Translations under genes and position numbers: made by a program
From: Candidatus Kaiserbacteria bacterium RIFCSPHIGHO2_02_FULL_49_16
GTDB taxonomy: Bacteria; Patescibacteriota; Minisyncoccia; Phycocordibacterales; UBA2100
DNA: 39,306 nt
Assembly: GCA_001781465.1 (NCBI GenBank)
Contig: MFLD01000036.1
Location: 15,816-55,121 of the forward strand
Reading direction: 5' to 3'
Shown here: positions 26,647 through 35,209 of the stretch, in pieces
Layout: each line of letters starts with the position of its first letter
How positions within the stretch are numbered: position 1 is the first letter of the stretch
Notes under the pieces: model-generated
The model's input: the letters and a program-made list of their open reading frames with translations, nothing else
Told to the model about the DNA's origin: nothing
Databases searched by the model: none

Positions 26647-27588
26647 ATGAAAAGGAATCTGTCGTTCGCACTGTCATACATACTTCTTCCGGCCTTACTG
26701 CTCGCCTTTTTTGCCATACTTATCGCTCCGCATTTTGCGCGCGCCGATGATGCCGTTCCAGTTCCCGTTCCATGCGAAGCGTCTTTTTGCCCGCTAGCGG
26801 ACTACAGCGAGTCCAAAAAATTAAAAGTCCTTTTTAATAATGATGCTGGTTTGGTCCAGTATCTAAATACCCTTTTCAAGATAGCTATCTCGGTCGGAGC
26901 CATTTCTGCGGTCTTGCGTCTCTTTTACGCCGGTTACGTCTACATGGCGAGCGATGTATGGACGAGCAAAGAAACCGCAAAGGCCATATTCCGCGAAGTT
27001 TTCCTCGGTCTTTTCCTTCTTCTCTCAATATTTATAATTCTCAATCAAATAAATCCAAACCTGCTCAACCTGAAACCGAAAATTGATCCTTACATGCCCT
27101 CGACTCCAACCACGCCAGGCGGCGTGCCTCCTACTGCCGGGGCCAGGTGCGCGGGCTGTGTAACGCTCAACAGTCTCGGAATACCACATAAACCCCCAGG
27201 GCCTGCTGGTGGAACCGGCGGCTGTCTCAACACTGTGCAGGAGTGTCAAGTTAACAGCGACATGGGTGCGAGACTTCAACAATTCAAGGGGGCGTTTGGC
27301 ACAGGCGTTACATGGGTAGTGAGCGAGTCATGGCCCCCCACTAGAAATCACGCGGATCCATGTCACCAAGCTGGCACATGTGTTGATGTCAGCGTCCCCG
27401 GATATCAAGGAAATGTCACAGTCATAAATAAAGTCTATGATGCGGCAGGCGGCTCCGGAATCTCCGCTCAATATGAAGTCGCCACAGCAGAAAGAGCCGC
27501 GCAACTACGAAGTGCTGGCGCTAGATTGGTCGTATTAGTTGCTGGTATTACGGGTGAGCACTTTTCAATGTACAACAGGATGCGCTGA
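26647..27588 (+). CDS. Pilin-like (VirB2/TrbC-type) membrane protein fused to a putative M15/LAS-type zinc peptidase domain
   Basis: Signal peptide, YAGYVYM.S...AK...hydrophobic helix...INPNL, then CHQAGTCVD ... GEHFS. Confidence 0.65.
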   Translation: MKRNLSFALSYILLPALLLAFFAILIAPHFARADDAVPVPVPCEASFCPLADYSESKKLKVLFNNDAGLVQYLNTLFKIAISVGAISAVLRLFYAGYVYMASDVWTSKETAKAIFREVFLGLFLLLSIFIILNQINPNLLNLKPKIDPYMPSTPTTPGGVPPTAGARCAGCVTLNSLGIPHKPPGPAGGTGGCLNTVQECQVNSDMGARLQQFKGAFGTGVTWVVSESWPPTRNHADPCHQAGTCVDVSVPGYQGNVTVINKVYDAAGGSGISAQYEVATAERAAQLRSAGARLVVLVAGITGEHFSMYNRMR

Positions 27589-27605
27589 AATTATATTCAG
27601 ATTCC

Positions 27606-28097
27606 TTACGCGGCGTATTTAATCACCACCCGTCGATTTCTTCCCTCTCCTGATGATTCTGTTTTTACGTTCGGCGAGCCGGCTAGCACAGTGTGTATGA
27701 TAAGGCGTTCGTAGGCATTCATGGGCGTAAGCTCCACATCGTATTGAAATGAACGCGCGCGCTCGGCCATCATAAGCGCCTTGGTTTCCAGTTCCTTTAT
27801 CTGCTTCGCGCGATAGTCGTTTACATCCACCAAGAATTGTAGATACTCGCCGGCTTCCGCGGCCGCGTCTGCATTGCGAGCGACTTCTCCCGCCGAATTG
27901 CGCTTCTCCGCGATTTTCTTCACTAGATGGTCAATGGCCTGCACCGTATCACCGTGAATTCCGATAAGTTGCCGCGCGTCTTGCATTTGGATGGCGAAAA
28001 TCGTTTGTCCCGCAAGCTGTTGTTTAAGAATTCCCGAATGAGTTATGCCGACTGCGTCGAGTAATTCAGTGAGAATGTTTTCAATCATTTTTTCCAT
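27606..28097 (-). CDS. Jag/KhpB-like KH-R3H RNA-binding protein (no N-terminal Jag domain)
   Basis: LIGIHG, VDVNDYR, PMNAYERLIIH, TESSGEG..RRVVI; directly downstream of yidC. Confidence 0.9.
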   Translation of the reverse strand: MEKMIENILTELLDAVGITHSGILKQQLAGQTIFAIQMQDARQLIGIHGDTVQAIDHLVKKIAEKRNSAGEVARNADAAAEAGEYLQFLVDVNDYRAKQIKELETKALMMAERARSFQYDVELTPMNAYERLIIHTVLAGSPNVKTESSGEGRNRRVVIKYAA

Positions 28098-28109
28098 GAG
28101 GATACTATA

Positions 28110-28174
28110 CCCCGTGAGATAATAAAATCAAAATTATGCACTAAAAGTCGGCCGCGGTATCGCACGGGGCGGGC
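28110..28174. mobile_element. Variant MITE-like element
   Basis: CCCCGTGAGATA ... TATCGCACGGGG-CGGGC. Confidence 0.5.
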
Positions 28175-28227
28175 GCGTGACACAGCTCTCGGCAAATCCT
28201 GTCCTTATGATCGAAGCGCTCGCGCTG

Positions 28228-28269
28228 CCTGTTCCTTATCCAATCCGGCCGGATTGGATAAGGAACAGG
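28228..28269. repeat. Perfect 42-bp palindrome
   Basis: CCTGTTCCTTATCCAATCCGG|CCGGATTGGATAAGGAACAGG. Confidence 0.9.
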
Positions 28270-28292
28270 AGTATCTTGAATGACAAACAAAA

Positions 28293-28317
28293 TTGTCAAA
28301 CACTCGGTGTTTGACAA
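28293..28317. repeat. REP-like palindrome, copy 2 (possible yidC terminator)
   Basis: TTGTCAAACAC-TCG-GTGTTTGACAA, 8 nt past the yidC stop. Confidence 0.75.
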
Positions 28318-28325
28318 GCGGCGCG

Positions 28326-29075
28326 TTATTCGCGGAATCTCCGTCCCATCAACAATTCTTGCGCGATCATCGCGGTATTGCTCGTCACCCAGTAGAGCGC
28401 CGCGGCGGAAGGCACCACGTAGGCAAAACCGCCTACCATAATTGGTAATACATACCGCATCTGCAAGTCAAAACCTCGCGCCATGTCTCCCGAGAATGAG
28501 CTCGCCGGTTGTGGCGAGACCTGTAGACGGCCTGTCGCGGCGCTCTTCTTCCGTGGCCCCATGGAGAGGCGCGTGTAAATGATTTGCGTTACCCCGGCAA
28601 GAATGGCGAGGATAAAACTTTTGCCGGCCATATTTACAAGCCCGATGAATTCCATGTTGACTCCCTCCGGGTGCGGCACAAAAGCATAGAGACGGGCGAG
28701 GTTTATTTCCGGCAGTCCGCCCAGCGCGAAAATCCAATACAGCGCGAAAAGAATGGGCAGTTGGATAAGTATCAGCCCGAAACTCGCGAACGGATGTACA
28801 TCGTTCTCCTTGTAGAGAGCGAACATTGCTTTTCCTTGCTGTTCGCGGTTATTTTTATATTTCTCTTTCAGTGCTTCCAGTTCCGGCGCGATTTTTTTCA
28901 TTTTTTGCTGCGTAACAATCGCTCGCTTGGCGAGAGGGAACAGGACAATGCGCACGATTATCGTAAGAATGACGATGGCAATGCCCACGTCATGCGACGG
29001 AAGCACTCCAACTATAGAAACAAGCCCGTTGTAGAGCGGGTTGTAGACGGCTGCATTAAACATGGATGAAATCAT
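28326..29075 (-). CDS. yidC: Membrane protein insertase YidC (short form)
   Basis: GIAIVILTIIVR..LFPL, LYKE..VHP, LIQLPI..ALY, ALYW..SN; canonical position after rnpA. Confidence 0.93.
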   Translation of the reverse strand: MISSMFNAAVYNPLYNGLVSIVGVLPSHDVGIAIVILTIIVRIVLFPLAKRAIVTQQKMKKIAPELEALKEKYKNNREQQGKAMFALYKENDVHPFASFGLILIQLPILFALYWIFALGGLPEINLARLYAFVPHPEGVNMEFIGLVNMAGKSFILAILAGVTQIIYTRLSMGPRKKSAATGRLQVSPQPASSFSGDMARGFDLQMRYVLPIMVGGFAYVVPSAAALYWVTSNTAMIAQELLMGRRFRE

Positions 29076-29096
29076 TGCGATAGTATAGCGTACGAA

Positions 29097-29453
29097 TTAA
29101 GAAGCACGAAGTTTCGCGCGCGAGAGGGAAACAAGCGCTGCGACATCCTTCTTTATGTCTTTGTACGACGCATTATTCGCAGGACGCATCGCGTAAAAAA
29201 TCAGAGTAGCGGGGGCGGAAAGGAAAGGAAGGCATTCTCGCATCGCCTCGCGCCATCGCCGTTTTATCAAGTTTCTGTCAACAGCACGGGGCGCGGTTTT
29301 CTTGGAAACAACGCAAGAGGCCTTAATTCCCAGGGTTTTTTGGCCATATAGAATACCAAACGATAGTATGAAGTAAGAGCCGCGCTCGCGCCGGAATTTT
29401 GCCATATCAATGCGGACAAAGTCCGCATGTGACAAACTGTTTTTGCGTGGCAT
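29097..29453 (-). CDS. rnpA: RNase P protein subunit
   Basis: VVSKK...AVDRNLIKRR..E. The start is MPRKNSL at 29453, because the longer listed ORF runs over rpmH. Confidence 0.9.
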   Translation of the reverse strand: MPRKNSLSHADFVRIDMAKFRRERGSYFILSFGILYGQKTLGIKASCVVSKKTAPRAVDRNLIKRRWREAMRECLPFLSAPATLIFYAMRPANNASYKDIKKDVAALVSLSRAKLRAS

Positions 29454-29464
29454 TTGGAGAAATC

Positions 29465-29599
29465 CTACACCGAAAGCTTCGCTCTGCCCTTTCTGCGCCG
29501 GCGCAACAAGACCGCTCGGCCGCTGGTCGTGGCGGATCGCTTGCGAAATCCGTGTGTTCTTGATCGCTTTCTCTTTTTCGGCTGATATGTGCGTTTCAT
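29465..29599 (-). CDS. rpmH: 50S ribosomal protein L34 (44 aa; absent from the ORF track)
   Basis: Manual translation gives [44 protein letters not shown]. Confidence 0.97.
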   Translation of the reverse strand: MKRTYQPKKRKRSRTHGFRKRSATTSGRAVLLRRRRKGRAKLSV

Positions 29600-29673
29600 A
29601 TGCCCACACTGTACCTGCCGTAGGGAAAAAATCAACCGTGCTATACTTTTTTCTCAGTTTCATGGCTTCCGAC

Positions 29674-29763
29674 GAGCCAGTAGCTGGTAGCCCGTAGCTT
29701 GCAACCACTCAAAAATTCTGAATTTCTTCTGGCTACTGGCTACGAGCTACAGGCCACGAACTA
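29674..29763. repeat. Heptamer-based inverted-repeat element (TAGC/GCTA type)
   Basis: AGCCAGT AGCTGGT AGCCCGT AGCTTGC ... GGCTACT GGCTACG AGCTACA GGCCACG. Confidence 0.8.
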
Positions 29764-29791
29764 TGCACACAATATCCACACCTTATAAACA
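29761..29791. promoter_or_regulatory. Degenerate DnaA boxes upstream of dnaA
   Basis: CTATGCACA, ATATCCACA, TTATAAACA at 11-bp spacing; TATAAT at 29836-29841. Confidence 0.6.
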
Positions 29792-29912
29792 CTGGCGGGA
29801 AAAAGCGCGAGACTATACCTTCCGAACGGGGCGCGTATAATGATCGCTCTATGCAAGATAGAACAATCTCGAGAAATCTTGCGTGGACAATTAACTAAAC
29901 AAGTCACCGGAT

Positions 29913-31298
29913 ATGCAAACTGCCCCAATTATGACCGCTCCCCCCATGATGAATCGGGAGCTTTGGCAAAACGCCCTTGTCCAAATAGAGCTTGGAACAT
30001 CCGAGGCTAGTTTTCGCACATGGTTTAGGAATACTGACATCTCCAGCCGGGACGGAAGCACGGTACACGTATCTGTTCCTAGCAAAATTGTCAAAGAATG
30101 GCTGGTGGAGAAGCATCATAAGCTCATATTAAAAGCGCTACGCGCCCTGGACAGCACGATTCGAACGGTTGAGTACACAGTACACCGCTCCGCGACCCCA
30201 GTGGCCGCGGAAAGAAAGCTGGGGAAGACACCTTCGCCTGAAAACGCTTCTTTTGATTTGCAATCTCTTTACATAGACAAGCGCGATAATCTTAATCCGC
30301 GTTACACTTTCGAAACTTTTGTCGTAGGTCCCTTCAATCAGCTCGCGCACGCGGCCGCAAAAGCCATCCTCGAACGCCCCGGGCAAACATACAATCCGCT
30401 TTTTATCTACGGCTCTACCGGCCACGGTAAAACTCATCTAATACAAGCTGTCGGCAACTATTTCAAGAAGGCTCATGCCAATAAAAAGGTACTTTATGTT
30501 ACGTCTGAACGCTTCGCTGTGGATTACATCAATGCGGTGCGCGCGGGGCGAGCAAACGGATTCAAAGACCAATACCGGCAGTACGATGTTTTAATAATGG
30601 ACGATGTCCAGTTCATCGCAAACACAGAGAAAACGCAGGAGGAGCTGTTTCACTTGTTCAACGCGCTCCACGACAACAACAAGCAGATAGTTTTTTCTTC
30701 CGATAAGCATCCGAATTTTCTCCCAGGTTTCGAGGAAAGACTCCGGGGACGTTTTTCCGCTGGCATGATAGCCGAGATTCCGGAACCTGATATAGAGTCT
30801 AGAACGGCTATAATCAAGGCTAAAATCGAGCAACATGGTTTTAATATTCCTGACGACATCATCCAATACATAGCTGAGAGCGTGCGTGGAAACATTAGAG
30901 AACTTGAGGGGGTTCTTAACATGATCGTCTGCAAATCCCAATTAAAAGGCAAGGCGGTATCGCACGCGGATGTGAGGGCGCTGGTAAAACACAACATAAA
31001 ACCAAATAAGGGGGTTTCGATTGAGGAAGTCGTGCGCAGAATATCAATGTATTACGAAATTCCAGAGAAAAGCATCTATGAAAAAACCCGCAAGAAAGAA
31101 GTGGTGAAGCCCAGGCAGATAATAATGTACATGTTGCGCGAGGAATTTAATGTATCGTACCCCTCAATAGGGGAAAAGCTTGGGGGGCGCGACCACACCA
31201 CGGTAATTCATTCGTGCGAAAAAATAAAACACGAGATGAAGACTAATACCTCCCTCGAACAAGAGATTGAACACATAAGATCACTTATCCATTCATAA
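29913..31298 (+). CDS. dnaA: Chromosomal replication initiator DnaA
   Basis: LNPRYTFETFVVG, YNPLFIYGSTGHGKTHL, DDVQF, NIRELEG, GGRDHTTVIH. Confidence 0.98.
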   Translation: MQTAPIMTAPPMMNRELWQNALVQIELGTSEASFRTWFRNTDISSRDGSTVHVSVPSKIVKEWLVEKHHKLILKALRALDSTIRTVEYTVHRSATPVAAERKLGKTPSPENASFDLQSLYIDKRDNLNPRYTFETFVVGPFNQLAHAAAKAILERPGQTYNPLFIYGSTGHGKTHLIQAVGNYFKKAHANKKVLYVTSERFAVDYINAVRAGRANGFKDQYRQYDVLIMDDVQFIANTEKTQEELFHLFNALHDNNKQIVFSSDKHPNFLPGFEERLRGRFSAGMIAEIPEPDIESRTAIIKAKIEQHGFNIPDDIIQYIAESVRGNIRELEGVLNMIVCKSQLKGKAVSHADVRALVKHNIKPNKGVSIEEVVRRISMYYEIPEKSIYEKTRKKEVVKPRQIIMYMLREEFNVSYPSIGEKLGGRDHTTVIHSCEKIKHEMKTNTSLEQEIEHIRSLIHS

Positions 31299-31512
31299 CA
31301 TGTTTATATTATGTTAATACATCCCGTACAACATCCGTATATCTTATACAAAATAAATTAAAATCAAAATTAAATCTAATAACATAAAATTTGTCAACAA
31401 ATATTCCCCAGCAACAAATCTTAAATTCCCCGCACTATTCCTTATAAAAATATCTTATACACACAATACACATCTATAATAGTAATAGTATTTAATATAT
31501 ATAAATAGTTTT
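31299..31512. other. Probable oriC unwinding region
   Basis: Very AT-rich dnaA-dnaN spacer with a DnaA box TTATACACA (31455-31463), several degenerate boxes, and trio-like TAA-TAG-TAA-TAG-TAT (31477-31491). Confidence 0.8.
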
Positions 31513-32616
31513 ATGAATCTAACAACAACTAAAGAAAAAATTCTTTCGGCATCTGTTATAGCGGAACGAGTGGTTGGAAAAAAAGAATCACTACCAATAC
31601 TTTCCTGTGTTCTTTTGGATGCAGGAAGTACTTTGTACGTCCGTTCAACAAATTTAGAATCAGCGATTGATATTAGCGTAGTATCTGAAATTAAAGAGAA
31701 AGGAACAATAGCGGTTCCTGCCACTATATTTTCACAAACAATAAAGTCTATAAATAGTGACAAAATTTCTCTTAAATCAGAATCTGGAAACCTACTGGTT
31801 GAATCTCGCGGCGCGCGAACTCTTATCAAATCCATTCCTAACGAGGAATTTCCTATACTATCGCGCGGTGATGATAGCAAGAAAAGTAGTTCGATATTAA
31901 GACTAACCCTATTAAAGGGGATTCAATCGGTCTTATATTCGGCATCCCGCTCGATGATAAGGCCGGAACTTGGAAGTATTTATATATCAATAAAAAAAGA
32001 ACAAGTTATCTTTGCGGCCACGGACTCATTTCGATTAGCGGAAAGAATTGTGACGGGAAAAAATTCCTCCGGAGAGGAGGGGGAATTTTTAGTCCCGCTA
32101 AAACACGCGGCGGAGCTTGTGTATTTATTAGACCGCAGCCTTGGCGAGAGTGTGAAAATACATTCATCAGACTCGCAATTTATCGTTGAAGCGGATAGCG
32201 CCAGATTCGCCGCGCGTGTTGTCGAGGGCGTCTTCCCAAACTACTCCGAAATCGTCCCAAAACAATTCACAACCGAAGCGACTGTCCTAAAAAATGATTT
32301 CGCGGAGATGTTGCGCAAGGCGCGCGTGTTTTCCGGAAACGACCAGCATGTTGGACTGCATGTGTATCCAAAAAAGAAGATTTTCTCCGCTACCGCGCAG
32401 AGCCCAGATGTGGGAGAGACGTCTGACTCGATTGACGCGGCTGTTTCGGGCGAAGATATCGATATAAAATTCCACATCGGCTATATCTCAGACTGTATGC
32501 CCGTTATAGATTCCGACAGCATTACGCTTGGGTTTTCGGGACCCAACAGACCGCTCGTAATCCGCGGAGTATCAGACGCCGATTTTATGTATCTGGTGAT
32601 GCCGCTTAACCGCTAG
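31513..32616 (+). CDS. dnaN: DNA polymerase III beta clamp
   Basis: LPILS, TNLE, ATDSFRLAE, GVFPNY, YLVMP; follows dnaA. Confidence 0.96.
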   Translation: MNLTTTKEKILSASVIAERVVGKKESLPILSCVLLDAGSTLYVRSTNLESAIDISVVSEIKEKGTIAVPATIFSQTIKSINSDKISLKSESGNLLVESRGARTLIKSIPNEEFPILSRGDDSKKSSSILRLTLLKGIQSVLYSASRSMIRPELGSIYISIKKEQVIFAATDSFRLAERIVTGKNSSGEEGEFLVPLKHAAELVYLLDRSLGESVKIHSSDSQFIVEADSARFAARVVEGVFPNYSEIVPKQFTTEATVLKNDFAEMLRKARVFSGNDQHVGLHVYPKKKIFSATAQSPDVGETSDSIDAAVSGEDIDIKFHIGYISDCMPVIDSDSITLGFSGPNRPLVIRGVSDADFMYLVMPLNR

Positions 32617-32690
32617 CCGGTAGCAAACTCAAAAAACTCTCTGCATTCGGATTTCTCTGGCTGCTGGCTACAAGCTACGGGCTACCAGCT
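32613..32690. repeat. Heptamer-based element (TAGC/GCTA type) between convergent stops
   Basis: TAGCCGG TAGC ... GGCTGCT GGCTACA AGCTACG GGCTACC AGCT. Confidence 0.8.
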
Positions 32691-32692
32691 TA

Positions 32693-35128
32693 TTACTGAA
32701 TTGTGAACGAAATAGTTTGCTCCCGGTTTCCAAGAGAGCTTTCTGCCACGGCGCGCAATGAGGCGGGGCCATGCGACTGCGGCATCACAGCAATGGCGTA
32801 CGGAGTATCAATTGAACTTCCGACAAATTGTCCGTTCAGGTAATACGCCACGCGCGTTACGGTCTCCGGACGCGAATGAGAAGCCGAAACATACAAAGGA
32901 GCAAATCCGGGAACATGCGAGCCCTTCTTTGGGGATGTGATGGAAAACTGCAATAGCGCGGACGCGGGTAGCGCCGGTTTTACAGTTGTGAGCTTTTGCG
33001 GATTGGCCGTTGCCCACATTTGAACCGGATATTCCCAGTGAGGGAATTGCGGGTCGCCCGAGGGGTTTGCCGGAGGACCGGAGCGCGGGTTGTCTTTATC
33101 CACCCAATACAAGATATCGTGCAGTCCTTTCGAGGGATCCGTATTCCAATTTCCGCGCAGTACCTGCGGAAGAGAATCGAGTTCCGATTCTGGCGCGGGG
33201 GGTACGAATGGCGCGGACTGATACTTAGTAAGAGCATAAGCAAGAACCTCGTGCCACATTGGCGCTACGATGAAAGCCGCGATCTTTTTCTCCATCGGAC
33301 TATTGTCGTTATTCCCCGCCCACGCCCCCATCGCGATCCCTGGCGTGTAGCCGATTATCCATGCGTCGTGAAAATCATTCGTGGTGCCTGTTTTATCAGC
33401 GACTTGAAACCCAGAGAAATTCAGAGGAGAGTCCGCGCCGAACTCAGGCGTTCGAGCGGTATTATCGGACAAAACATCATTCATTAGTCGAGCGATTTGG
33501 CTGTCGATAACGCGCCCGCCCTTCTCAACAAAGCTCTCGAGTATGTTTCCCGCGCTATCCTCCACCTTAATTATCGGAGTCGGCGGGTTGCGGACCCCAT
33601 CGTTCGCAAAAACTCCGTACGCCCCGGTCATTTCAAGCAGATTCACCTCGCCGCCCCCCAGCACTAATGTGAGTCCGTACTGATTTTTGTCCCCTAGGGT
33701 GGTAATGCCCATATCGCTCGCGGTTTTCAATGAATCTGTGATGCCGGCAAGATAAAGAGTCTTTACCGAAGGCACGTTCACTGACTGTGCGAGTGCCTCG
33801 CGCAAGGTCATGGGACCGCGAAATTTTTCGTCGTAATTACCCGGGGAATAGCATGGCGGCGTGCTACTCGCGGTGTCTGATGGCTCGCAGAATGTGGAAA
33901 ATTGAGTCTGCAAATCAAACACGACAGTGTCCGGGATGTACCCCTTTTCGAACGCGGTCGCGTATACGAATGGCTTGAAAGAGGAGCCCGGCTGGCGGTT
34001 CGCGAGAGTAACATTCACCATACCGTCAATCTCTTTGTCAAAATATCCGCGCGAGCCGACCATCGCGAGGATTTGGCCGGACTTTGGCTCTATCGCGACC
34101 AATCCCGCGTTTGAGGCGTTGAAATTTTTTTCATTTAGAGGCGCGGCTGTCCTGATAACATCCTCCGCCTTTTTCTGAAGGTCGTAATCCAGAGTAGTAA
34201 TCACACGCAGGCCGTCGTTTGCAACCGCGTCGGCGCCATATTTCTCTTCCAAATATTCACGCACATAAAATACGAAGTGCGGGGCTTTTATTCCAGCATC
34301 TTTCTCATCCTTGAACTCTATCTTTTCATTTTTTGCCGTTTGGTATTCGGCATCGCTGATAAAGCCGTTTTCTTTCATCTTTAGAAGCACTAGATTTTTA
34401 CGAGCCTCCAACTCATCGCGGTGACTGCCATATGGGGAGTAGCGAGTAGGCGCCTGCGGAAGCGCCGCTAGATATGCCGCTTGCGCGAGCGTAACATCCT
34501 TCGCGTCAATGCCGTAAAAATATTGGCTCGCCTCCTCAACCCCGTAGATTGTTCCGCCGTAGGATGTTTCATTCAGATAGGTCGCGAGTATCTGGTCCTT
34601 CGAATAAATGCGTTCGAGTTTGATAGCAAGGATTATCTCTTTGAGCTTGCGGATAATGGTTTTGTCACGCGTAAGAATCGTATTTTTGACTACTTGTTGC
34701 GTGATTGTAGAACCGCCCTGCACGAATCTTCCCGAGAAAATATTCACAAGCATGGCGCGCCCAAACGAAAGCGGGCGAAAGCCGAGGTGCTGGTAAAACT
34801 CCGTATCCTCAATCGCGACTGTCGCGTTCCTGATATTAATAGATATGGAGTCGAACGGTACCGTGGTGCGGCGCATGGTTCCGTGAACGTCGTAAAGGAG
34901 CACGTTTCCGGTGCGGTCGAAGATTTTTGTGGACTCGGCGACCATTCGATTTTGGAAATTATCAAGCGAGGGAATTGAGATTACCGCTCCCCATGCGACA
35001 ATTACTCCGGCGGAGAGCATGCCGAGAAAGAAAATCGCCAGTGCCACGGCCTTTATTACTCGGAACATATGAACGCGCGCGGCCGCTTTCCTGGGCCATC
35101 TGCTATAAGGAGAGTGTCTCGGAGGCAT
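32693..35128 (-). CDS. Class A penicillin-binding protein (transglycosylase-transpeptidase) with C-terminal Ig-like domain
   Basis: EDTEFYQH, QGGSTITQQ, RKLKE; SSFK, SVN, KTG. ATG 35128 is the preferred start. Confidence 0.93.
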   Translation of the reverse strand: MPPRHSPYSRWPRKAAARVHMFRVIKAVALAIFFLGMLSAGVIVAWGAVISIPSLDNFQNRMVAESTKIFDRTGNVLLYDVHGTMRRTTVPFDSISINIRNATVAIEDTEFYQHLGFRPLSFGRAMLVNIFSGRFVQGGSTITQQVVKNTILTRDKTIIRKLKEIILAIKLERIYSKDQILATYLNETSYGGTIYGVEEASQYFYGIDAKDVTLAQAAYLAALPQAPTRYSPYGSHRDELEARKNLVLLKMKENGFISDAEYQTAKNEKIEFKDEKDAGIKAPHFVFYVREYLEEKYGADAVANDGLRVITTLDYDLQKKAEDVIRTAAPLNEKNFNASNAGLVAIEPKSGQILAMVGSRGYFDKEIDGMVNVTLANRQPGSSFKPFVYATAFEKGYIPDTVVFDLQTQFSTFCEPSDTASSTPPCYSPGNYDEKFRGPMTLREALAQSVNVPSVKTLYLAGITDSLKTASDMGITTLGDKNQYGLTLVLGGGEVNLLEMTGAYGVFANDGVRNPPTPIIKVEDSAGNILESFVEKGGRVIDSQIARLMNDVLSDNTARTPEFGADSPLNFSGFQVADKTGTTNDFHDAWIIGYTPGIAMGAWAGNNDNSPMEKKIAAFIVAPMWHEVLAYALTKYQSAPFVPPAPESELDSLPQVLRGNWNTDPSKGLHDILYWVDKDNPRSGPPANPSGDPQFPHWEYPVQMWATANPQKLTTVKPALPASALLQFSITSPKKGSHVPGFAPLYVSASHSRPETVTRVAYYLNGQFVGSSIDTPYAIAVMPQSHGPASLRAVAESSLGNREQTISFTIQ

Positions 35129-35209
35129 GTGAACTGAATTGTACAATGAACATTGCGTTGCAAACAGCGGCAATTTGTGGCATCTTCAGGTATTCAATCC
35201 TCTCTCTTC

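Noticed and set aside
13367-27588. Integrative conjugative element or prophage
   Set aside because: No integrase, relaxase, att pair or phage genes in the window; the cluster sits among core origin genes.
29454-29708. N-terminally extended RnpA (203 aa in the ORF track)
   Set aside because: The extension overlaps rpmH in another frame and a repeat element; the real start is 29453.
29851-29898. 15-codon uORF ahead of dnaA
   Set aside because: It follows a TATAAT box by 9 nt, but it is too short to distinguish from chance without conservation data.
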